From Vulgatibacter incomptus (GTDB lineage Bacteria; Myxococcota; Myxococcia; Myxococcales; Vulgatibacteraceae), in NCBI GenBank assembly GCA_040391605.1, contig JBEBXK010000008.1, forward strand, positions 46,635 through 110,634: a stretch of 64,000 bases of DNA, in the 5' to 3' direction. Each line of letters begins with the position of its first letter. Positions within the stretch are counted from its first letter, which is position 1. Below the pieces are notes generated by a model that had not been told where the DNA came from, made no database searches, and saw only the letters and a program-made list of their open reading frames with translations. Shown one piece after another: positions 35,121 to 42,630 of this stretch. A program made the position numbers and the translations under genes.

Positions 35121-36518
35121 GTCGCTCGATGCGACCGACGGTGCGGGGAGTCGCTCGAGCTTGCGGCCCGCCTGCCAGACCGCGACGATCCGGCCGACGG
35201 CGGAGATGTCCTCGAGGGGATCGCCCTCCACCAGCAGCACGTCGGCGTAGGCGCCGATGCCGATCACGCCGAAGGCGGAGCTCGGGGCGAGGAGGCGCAC
35301 CGGGTACGAGGTGGCCATCTTCAGGACCTCCGCCGGCTCGAAGCCCAGGGCGACCAGGGCCTCCAACTCCTGGTGGAGCGAGGCCCCGTGGACGACGCCG
35401 GGGAGGCCGGCGCCGGTCCCGGCGAGGAGCGGCACCCCCAGGGCGTGGAGCCTGCGCAGGTTCTCGCGGGTGGTCTCGTCGTAACTCGACGCGAGGCGGA
35501 GGGTCTCGTCGGAGATGCCGACGCCTCCAGGCTGCGCCGCCGTGGCGGTGGAGTTGGGCCGTTGGAGCTCGGCTTCCAGCGGGCTCCCCGAGGGCTTGCC
35601 CGACATGCGAGCACCCATCGCCGCCCAGATCCTGCCGGTGGTGACCACCGGTGCACCGGAGAGCGAGATCGAGTCCAGTTGCTCGGGGGAGAGGGCCGCG
35701 GTCCACGGCGTGTGCAGGAGGAGGGTGGCGCCGGCCTCCGCCGCCTCGGCAGCGTCCTCCGGGCGGGCAGCGTCCACGAAGACGGCGCGCTCGTACATAT
35801 GGGCCTCGGCCACGATGGCCTCCAACGCCTTGCGCGAGAGGCCGGGGCCGCCGTCGAAGTCGACCTTCACGAAGTCCGATCGCAGCTCCTCGAGGTCCCG
35901 GCGAGCGGCGCGGGCCGCGTTGCGCGGCGAGTCCACCACCCGCGTCGAGCCCGCCCGGAAGAAGCGGGCGAAGGGCCCGGGATCCAGGACCTCGCCGCCG
36001 ACGATGGCGTGGGACGAACGGAACATCCTGGGGCCGGCCACCCGCCCATTCGCGATCTCCTTCTGCAGGGCCTCGATGTCGGCCTCGTGGCCCACCGCCA
36101 CCACCGTGGTGATCCCGCTGTAGAGCAGCGCCTCCGCCTGGAGCCGCGGATCCACCATCGTGCCCGCCCAGGCCGGCGCGTCGCCCGCGCCCCCCAGCCG
36201 CACGTTCATATCCACCAGCCCCGGCAGGAGCGTGCGCCCCGTTCCGTTCACCACCTCGGTGCCCGCAGGCGCCTCCATCCTCCCCGCGTGGGTGATCTTC
36301 GCCACCCTGCCTCGGGCGAGGAGCACATCCACCGGCTCGCTGAGCTCGTCCTCCAGCCCCGTGAAGACCCGCACCCCCTTGATCAGCGTAGGGGGCGCCT
36401 CGTGGTGCGTATCCGGCGGCGTGACGAGGACCGGCCGATGCGCCGTAGCGCAGGCGGCAGCACCCGCCGCTGCGAAGACGAGGCCGACGATGGGGAGCAG
36501 GCGACGAGGATGGAGCAT
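35118..36518 (-). CDS. Amidohydrolase-family protein (degenerate metal site), probable lipoprotein
   Basis: GRTLLPGLVD, GITTV, LLAGT, GVIGIGAYADVLLVEGDPL fold motifs. The HxH position reads NVR. Signal ends AAAC. Confidence 0.82.
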   Translation of the reverse strand: MLHPRRLLPIVGLVFAAAGAAACATAHRPVLVTPPDTHHEAPPTLIKGVRVFTGLEDELSEPVDVLLARGRVAKITHAGRMEAPAGTEVVNGTGRTLLPGLVDMNVRLGGAGDAPAWAGTMVDPRLQAEALLYSGITTVVAVGHEADIEALQKEIANGRVAGPRMFRSSHAIVGGEVLDPGPFARFFRAGSTRVVDSPRNAARAARRDLEELRSDFVKVDFDGGPGLSRKALEAIVAEAHMYERAVFVDAARPEDAAEAAEAGATLLLHTPWTAALSPEQLDSISLSGAPVVTTGRIWAAMGARMSGKPSGSPLEAELQRPNSTATAAQPGGVGISDETLRLASSYDETTRENLRRLHALGVPLLAGTGAGLPGVVHGASLHQELEALVALGFEPAEVLKMATSYPVRLLAPSSAFGVIGIGAYADVLLVEGDPLEDISAVGRIVAVWQAGRKLERLPAPSVASSD

Positions 36519-36745
36519 GGGCGCATGATAGCAACACCCCATGCCGATCGTGGCAGCCTGCGCGGGGCGTGGCCGCTCCTACAGGCGCCTGCCCGCACGA
36601 TGACGCCTCCTCGGCTTCGCATCGCCTGCTCGGCGCAAGCCTCGTCCAAGGCCCTTTTCTACAGGATCGTGCGGCCCTCTCGATCGCGCCGTCTTCCTCC
36701 GCTCCCTTGCGGCGAGATGGAGCCTCGTCCCGGGGCCGGCGGCGA

Positions 36746-37855
36746 TCAAGGCTGGGAGGAGGGGAGGTGGGCGAGGAGGAGGGTGCAGGGGATCCCGCCG
36801 TTGCGCAGGGGGATCTCGGTGGGGGAGGGGAGGCGCAGGGCGGCGCCCAGGCCGGCGTCGGCTACGAGGATGGCGGCGGTCCAGCCGCCGAAGCGGATGC
36901 GCAGGGTCTCGCCCAGGCTGCGATAGAGGGAGCCCAGGGCCTGGGCCGGATCGCCTACCCGCTTGCCGTAGGGAGGGTTGACGACGATGACGCCGGGGGC
37001 GGTGTCTTGCGGTGGTGTGGCGGCGGCTACGTCGAGGCGGCTCAGGGAGATATGGTCGAACACTGAGGCACGCTGTGCGTTGCGGCGCGCTACGCCCAGG
37101 GCGCCGGCGTTGCGATCGCTTCCCAGGATGGGGGCCGTTGGGGAGGGCAGCTCCGAGGCGCGGAGCCTCTCTCGCTCGGCGGCCCCGCGCCCGTTGACGA
37201 GGGTCGGCCAGGCTTCGCAGGCGAAGGCGCGCTCGATGCCCGGCGGGCGGCGGAGGGCGATCAGCGCGGCTTCGATCAGGAAGGTGCCGCCGCCGCACAT
37301 GGGATCGAAGAGAGCCTGGCTCCCGTCATAACCGGCGAGGGCCAGGATCCCCGCTGCGAGGTTCTCACGAAGGGGCGCGGCGCCTGTCTCCTGTCGGTAG
37401 CCGCGCAGGTGGAGGTGCTCGCCGGTGGAGTCGAGGCGCAGGGAGATCTGGCCGTCGGCGATCCGGACGTGGACGGTCTGCTCGCCGTCGCGCTCGACCG
37501 CCTTCGCCTGGGGGAGCTGCCAGAGGATGGCGTCGCGGATGATCCGATCGAAGCGGGCGGGAGCCTTGCCTCCGCCGCTGACATTTACGGCGAAGGTGGT
37601 GGCGGGAGGGAGCCAGCGCTTCCAGTCGATCGCCGCCGCCATCGCCTGGATCTCGGAGGCAGGTCCCTCGCCGAGCTGCAGCAGGATCCGCGAGGCGGTC
37701 CGCAGGCCGAGGTTCGCTCGAAGGAGGGCGCTCTCGTCGCCGACGCACGCTACGCCTCCGTGGAGCGGGCGCACCCGATCGAGCCCCAGCGCGAGGGCCT
37801 CCTGCGCACAGACCTCCTCGAGGCCCGGCGGTGCGACGATGTAGAGCTCGTTCAT
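36746..37855 (-). CDS. THUMP-domain class I SAM RNA methyltransferase (RlmL/K N-terminal-like)
   Basis: PGLE, LRTASRILL, LHLRGYR, APLRENLAA, DPMCGGGTFLIEAA and NPPYG. Confidence 0.9.
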   Translation of the reverse strand: MNELYIVAPPGLEEVCAQEALALGLDRVRPLHGGVACVGDESALLRANLGLRTASRILLQLGEGPASEIQAMAAAIDWKRWLPPATTFAVNVSGGGKAPARFDRIIRDAILWQLPQAKAVERDGEQTVHVRIADGQISLRLDSTGEHLHLRGYRQETGAAPLRENLAAGILALAGYDGSQALFDPMCGGGTFLIEAALIALRRPPGIERAFACEAWPTLVNGRGAAERERLRASELPSPTAPILGSDRNAGALGVARRNAQRASVFDHISLSRLDVAAATPPQDTAPGVIVVNPPYGKRVGDPAQALGSLYRSLGETLRIRFGGWTAAILVADAGLGAALRLPSPTEIPLRNGGIPCTLLLAHLPSSQP

Positions 37856-37891
37856 GATGCGGGCGAAGGTACGTGGGGCGGCGACCCTTGG

Positions 37892-38920
37892 CTACTTCGA
37901 AGGCGGTTGGCTGCGCCTGGCCACCGAGAGGGCGAAGGACTCATCGGCGGGGGTATGCCAGCTCTCCATCGTCAGGGAGGAGGCGGCGTAGAGGCTCTCC
38001 ACCGTGCGCCGGGTGAACTTGCGGCTGATCTCGGTGTGGATCGTCTCGCCATCCTCGAAGTCGACTTCGATGTCGAGGGCTTCGATACGCACCGTCTGCG
38101 GGCCGAGGGAGCGGAGGTGCATCTCGATGCGGCTGTGCTCCTCGTGGAAGAAGGCCAGATGCTCGAAGCGATCCAGGTGGAAATCTGCCTGGAGCTCGCG
38201 GTTGATCACCCGGAGCACGTTCTTGTTGAACTCGGCGGTGAGGCCCTGCGCGTCGTTGTACGCGGCGTTCAGCCTCGCCGTGCTCTTGACCAGATCGGTG
38301 CCCATCAGGAGCCTGTCGTCGGGGCCCATGATCGACGCGATGGAGCCCAGGAAGCGGCGGGCTTCCGCGTCCCCGAAGTTGCCGATGGTGCCGCCGAGGA
38401 AGACGAAGAGCCGCCGGTCAAAGACGGGGATTCGATCGAGGTGTCGATCGTAGTCACCGACCACGCCGTGGATAGGCAGCCAGGGATAGTCGGCCTGGAG
38501 GCGGGAGGCGGCGGCGCGCAGCATCTCCTCGCTGACGTCGAAGGGGACGTAGGTGCAGTCGAGGCGCAGCCGCCGCGCGGCCTCGAGCAGGGAGCGCGTC
38601 TTCCGCGCAGCGCCGCTCCCCAGCTCCACCAGCCCCAGGGGCCCCGCGTCACCCTCGCCGCCCATGCGCTGGAGCAGCTCGTCGGCGATCTCCTCGAGGA
38701 GGGCGCGCTCGGTCCGGGTGGGGTAGTACTCGGGCGTCTCACAGATGCGATCGAAGAGGCGCGATCCCCGCTCGTCGTAGAAGTGCTTCGGCGGCAGGGA
38801 CTTGGGGCGGCGGCTCAAGCCCTCCCGGACGTCCCGCGCCAGCGTAGAGCCCGAGCCGGGCCGCACGTGGACGTCCACGACCAGGTGGGATGAGGTGTGG
38901 CCTCTCGTTGCTTCCGGCAT
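37892..38920 (-). CDS. egtD: L-histidine N-alpha-methyltransferase (hercynine synthesis)
   Basis: PKSLPPKHFYDERGSRLF, PEYYPTRTE, ELGSG, FLGGTIGN, AAYNDAQG and IHTEISRKF. Confidence 0.95.
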   Translation of the reverse strand: MPEATRGHTSSHLVVDVHVRPGSGSTLARDVREGLSRRPKSLPPKHFYDERGSRLFDRICETPEYYPTRTERALLEEIADELLQRMGGEGDAGPLGLVELGSGAARKTRSLLEAARRLRLDCTYVPFDVSEEMLRAAASRLQADYPWLPIHGVVGDYDRHLDRIPVFDRRLFVFLGGTIGNFGDAEARRFLGSIASIMGPDDRLLMGTDLVKSTARLNAAYNDAQGLTAEFNKNVLRVINRELQADFHLDRFEHLAFFHEEHSRIEMHLRSLGPQTVRIEALDIEVDFEDGETIHTEISRKFTRRTVESLYAASSLTMESWHTPADESFALSVARRSQPPSK

Positions 38921-39057
38921 TGCGATTCCCACGAGATCCCCTTCCCGATTTCTGTATCAGCATCAGCGATGGTGCTCCAGGAATCTGCGCCTCGCCAAGA
39001 CCTCGAGCGAGCCCCGCATGCACCATCCGACTCTCTCGGGGGCCGCCCGATCGGCCT

Positions 39058-39265
39058 GCGAGCTGGAGGCGAGCGATCGCTGGAGAGAGCGCCTCGCGGG
39101 CAGCGCGAGCGAGAGAATCGACGCTGGCTTGCGCGGAGGCATTCTCTCACGGGGCTTTTGAGGCGAGACGGAGGCGAGTGAACCCTGGAGAGCACACCCT
39201 TTCATGCGGAAGACGAGGTGAAGAATCGCTCCCGCCCATGCGGGGGTGATTCGTTCACGGCCTCT
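39058..39265 (-). repeat. Two tandem copies of MITE/REP-like family 1 (reverse orientation) in the egtD/egtC divergent gap
   Basis: Reverse complement AGAGGCCGTGAACGAATC...GCGATTCTTCAC...TCGCCTCCG, then GTGAGAGAAT...ATTCTCTCGCTCGCGCTG...TCGCTCGCCTCCAGCTCGC. Confidence 0.6.
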
Positions 39266-39281
39266 GGGCTATCTTGGCCCC

Positions 39282-40103
39282 ATGTGCAGGTTGCTAGGCT
39301 ATCTCGGCGCTCCGATCCCCCTTGGCAAGTTGGTGAATGAACCACCACACTCTCTGTTTCGGCAGAGCTGGCAGCCGAGGGAGCTGCGCGAAGCCACCGT
39401 CAACGCCGACGGTTGGGGGGCGGGCTTCTACGTCGAGGGCGATCTCGAGCCATGCCTCTATCGGAGCACCGTCCCGATCTGGGCGGACGCGAACGTGCCC
39501 CATCTGGGGCGGGCGATCCGCTCGAGCTGCCTGCTCGCCGCGGTGCGCAGCGCCACCGATCCGCTGAGCGTCGCCCAGGCGAATACCCAGCCTTTCGCCA
39601 GCGGGCCCCTCGCCTTCCTTCACAATGGCTTCATCGAGGACTTCCGCCGCCGCCTGCGCCGAAGGCTATGCGACGAGCTCTCGGACGCGCGCCATACCCA
39701 GATCGAGGGGACCAGCGACTCGGAGCACGTCTTCGCGCTGATCGGCCATCACCTCGATCGGCGCCTGGGCCAAGGCCCGCGGGCCGAGGCGATCGCCGCC
39801 GACGTTCTCCTCGACGCGGTACGGGGCGCGGTCCACCAGATCATGGGCTGGGCGCGGGAGGCGGAAGCCAAGGCCCTCTTCTCCATCGCCATCACGGATG
39901 GTGTCACGCTGGTGGCCCTCCGCGCGTCCACCCACCCCGACCCTCCGACGCTCTATCTGTTGGGGGCAGGCTCGGCGCTCGCCCCCGGCGTGGTCGTAGC
40001 CTCGGAGCGATTGAACGACGATCCTGCATGGCGATCCGTGCCGCCGGGGACCGCCGTGGTGGTGGAGGCCGGCGGCGCCGTCCGGGAGGTCCCGCTGGCA
40101 TGA
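39282..40103 (+). CDS. egtC: Class II glutamine amidotransferase, EgtC
   Basis: N-terminal nucleophile MCRLLGY, NADGWG, AAVRSAT, HNG and TSDSE. Adjacent to egtD and egtB. Confidence 0.9.
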   Translation: MCRLLGYLGAPIPLGKLVNEPPHSLFRQSWQPRELREATVNADGWGAGFYVEGDLEPCLYRSTVPIWADANVPHLGRAIRSSCLLAAVRSATDPLSVAQANTQPFASGPLAFLHNGFIEDFRRRLRRRLCDELSDARHTQIEGTSDSEHVFALIGHHLDRRLGQGPRAEAIAADVLLDAVRGAVHQIMGWAREAEAKALFSIAITDGVTLVALRASTHPDPPTLYLLGAGSALAPGVVVASERLNDDPAWRSVPPGTAVVVEAGGAVREVPLA

Positions 40104-40209
40104 GCTGGTCGTCGCAGGCCGTGTGGAGCGTCGCGGGGGAAGGCGCATCTGGCCATCTCCGAGCTGGATCGATGAACTCCTCGTCGGCACCCGCGGGGAG
40201 CGTCGCTCC

Positions 40210-41502
40210 ATGACGGCGGATGCCCTGCGGGCAGGGTTGGAGAGCGCCCGGGCCACGACCCTGCGGCTGATCGAGGGGCTCAGCGATTCGCAGGCGCGGC
40301 GGCAGCGTCACGCCGAGTTCTCGCCGCTGGCCTGGCATCTGGGTCACGTCGCCTGGCAGGAGGAGGTCTGGGCGTTGCGCCACGTGGCGGGGCGACCGCC
40401 TCTTGATCCGGAGTTGGACGGGATCTACGACTCCTTCTCCAGCGAGAAGGCGAGCCGGGGGCGGCGGCTGCCCTCCCTGGTCGAGGCGCGCGCCTACGTC
40501 GATTCGGTCCGGGAGCGGACCCTCGCCTTCCTCGCCGCCGCCGACCAAGAGCGGGATGGCTGGGTCTTTCGCTTCCTCGCCAACCACGAACGCCAGCACG
40601 CCGAGACCATGGCGGTGATCCGCCTCCTGGACGGGCTGCCGTTGGAGGGGCTCCCCGAGGCGGAGCCCGGCGAAGCGGCGGGGACGGATTGGCTCGCGAT
40701 CCCCGGTGGATCCTTCGTGCTGGGCAGCGACGACGATCCCGATGGCTGGGACAACGAGCGCCGCGCCCACCTCGTCGAGCTCCCTGCCTTCCGGATCGCC
40801 AGTCGCCCCGTGATCAATGAGGAGTGGCTCCGCTTCATCGAGGCGGGCGGCTATCGGGACGACGCGCTCTGGTCGGAGGAGGGGTTGCGCTGGAGGCGGG
40901 CGGTCCAGGCCTCTTCCCCCCTCCATTGGATCCGGGACGAAGCGGCGGCGAGGCTCGGCTGGAGTCGGCGGACCCTCGGCGGGCTACGGCCGGTCTATCC
41001 GGCGCATCCGGTGGCTCACGTCTCGTGGCATGAGGCCGAAGCCTTCGCCCGTTACGCAGGCGCGCGCCTGCCGACGGAGGCGGAGTGGGAGCGCGCGGCC
41101 TCCTGGGACGAGGCGGGACGCCGCAAGAAGCGTTGGCCCTGGGGGGACGATCCCGGCGGAGGCGCCGACGCCAACCTGGCCTTGGTGCGAGGTGATACCA
41201 CGGCCTGTGGTCGGCCGAGATCGTCGGCCGCCGCGCTCTCGTCAGAGAGCGGGAGGCCGGTGGATCTCGCCGGCAACGTCTGGGAGTGGACCTCGGCGAG
41301 CTTCCAGCCGTTTCCCGGCTTCACCGCTGGTCATTACGCAGGCTACAGCGCTCCCTGGTTCGGCGCGGAGCATCGGGTGCTGCGAGGTGGATGTCACCTC
41401 ACGCATCCCGCGCTGGCTCGAGCCACCTTCCGGAACTGGTTCGTGCCGTCGATGCGCGCCTATCCCAGCGGATTGCGCCTCGCCGCCGACGATCGTCCGT
41501 AA
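40210..41502 (+). CDS. egtB: Ergothioneine sulfoxide synthase (DinB_2 + FGE-sulfatase domains)
   Basis: SPLAWHLGHV, HERQHAE iron ligands, RLPTEAEWERAA, GNVWEWT, VLRGG and FRNW. Genomic context supports the call. Confidence 0.88.
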   Translation: MTADALRAGLESARATTLRLIEGLSDSQARRQRHAEFSPLAWHLGHVAWQEEVWALRHVAGRPPLDPELDGIYDSFSSEKASRGRRLPSLVEARAYVDSVRERTLAFLAAADQERDGWVFRFLANHERQHAETMAVIRLLDGLPLEGLPEAEPGEAAGTDWLAIPGGSFVLGSDDDPDGWDNERRAHLVELPAFRIASRPVINEEWLRFIEAGGYRDDALWSEEGLRWRRAVQASSPLHWIRDEAAARLGWSRRTLGGLRPVYPAHPVAHVSWHEAEAFARYAGARLPTEAEWERAASWDEAGRRKKRWPWGDDPGGGADANLALVRGDTTACGRPRSSAAALSSESGRPVDLAGNVWEWTSASFQPFPGFTAGHYAGYSAPWFGAEHRVLRGGCHLTHPALARATFRNWFVPSMRAYPSGLRLAADDRP

Positions 41503-41515
41503 TGGGCGCTGACGC

Positions 41516-41809
41516 TCAGTTGGTGGCGGTGCCTTCGGCTTCGGCCTTGGCCTTCTGGCAGGCGCACTCGCCCTTGGCGTGCTTTTCTGCGTGCTTCTCG
41601 CCATGGGCGTGGTGGCCGTCGTGGCCATGGTGGTGACCGGCCTCCGCGCCTTCACCTTCGGCGGCGGCCTTCGCCTTTGCGTGGTGAGGGCAGGTGGCGG
41701 GATCGCATTGCGCGCAGCTGGTCCCCTCGGCGCCGCTGGGGCAGGCCAGCGCCAGGGTGGGAACACAGAGAGCAGCGGCGGCGAAGAGAGAGAGCAGGAA
41801 CCTGGACAC
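41516..41809 (-). CDS. Small secreted His/Cys-rich protein
   Basis: GTG 41809 with GGAGG SD. Signal peptide ending LALA. CPxxxxxxxCxxCxxxxCPHH and HHHGHDGHHAH motifs, plus ECAC. Confidence 0.65.
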   Translation of the reverse strand: MSRFLLSLFAAAALCVPTLALACPSGAEGTSCAQCDPATCPHHAKAKAAAEGEGAEAGHHHGHDGHHAHGEKHAEKHAKGECACQKAKAEAEGTATN

Positions 41810-41873
41810 GGAGACCTCCGAAAAGAGTGCTTTCGAGGGCAACCCATAATACGGCGCCGGCGCGGAGGGCAAG

Positions 41874-42428
41874 CTATCGCTTATCGTTGTAGGGACGGAT
41901 GAGGCCACCTTTGCGGCCCGTCTCACGCAGCTCGATCCCCTCCTTGAAGAGGCGGCACGCGTGGGGGAGGAGGAAGTAGCCGGTGGGCTGGGATCGCCTG
42001 GCATGTCGGGTGACGAGGTCGCTGATCTTCTTGAAGACCTGCTCCACCACCGGCGCCTTCTGTACCCTGCGTTGCACGTCCCCCGAGACCTGGAGCTCCG
42101 CCCAGAGCTGGCCGCTGCGGAGCACCTCGCCGTTCGACTCGAGAAGCGAGCGCTCGAAGAAGATTACGGGGGAGAAGACCTCGAGGATCGTCAGCATGCC
42201 GCGGTTGGGACCCCGCTTGATCTTGTCGACCGTGATGGGGCCGGCCGCTGGGATCCCGAGGTAGTAGCCCGGATCCTCCAGGGTCCCGGCCAGGCCCCCA
42301 TCCACGGGGCGGGCCTCCCAATCCGGCGGGACGATGCGGGGATAGAGCTCGAGGTCCAATGGCGCCAGGTCGCGAAGGAAGCCGCTCTCGTCCTCGGGGC
42401 CCATGAAAAATCGGACGACATGCGCCAT
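41874..42428 (-). CDS. Hypothetical protein
   Basis: 184 aa, strong GC3 bias, globular composition. No motif recognised. Confidence 0.7.
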   Translation of the reverse strand: MAHVVRFFMGPEDESGFLRDLAPLDLELYPRIVPPDWEARPVDGGLAGTLEDPGYYLGIPAAGPITVDKIKRGPNRGMLTILEVFSPVIFFERSLLESNGEVLRSGQLWAELQVSGDVQRRVQKAPVVEQVFKKISDLVTRHARRSQPTGYFLLPHACRLFKEGIELRETGRKGGLIRPYNDKR

Positions 42429-42630
42429 CGATGATCCTGTGTCGCTAGAAAGTTGACATGCCGACGAAGGGGGCTCGACAGCCCTCCCGGCGGTCGGCTA
42501 GGCTCGTTTCTACTGCAACGTTGGTGAGATGGCGAGCGCGGGATGAAGGTCTGGGACCACCGTCGTTCGTTAAAGTCCGAGCGTGTCGATCTCTCGTGCC
42601 CCGGAGATCGTGCGATCGATTGGAGAGGCG

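Noticed and set aside
40100-40213. 37-aa ORF starting at the ATGA overlap with the egtC stop
   Set aside because: No motif or support. It may be coincidental or a relic of an egtB N-terminal frameshift; not called.
42453-42458. Perfect TTGACA upstream of the MYXO-CTERM gene
   Set aside because: No convincing -10 hexamer at 16-18 bp spacing.
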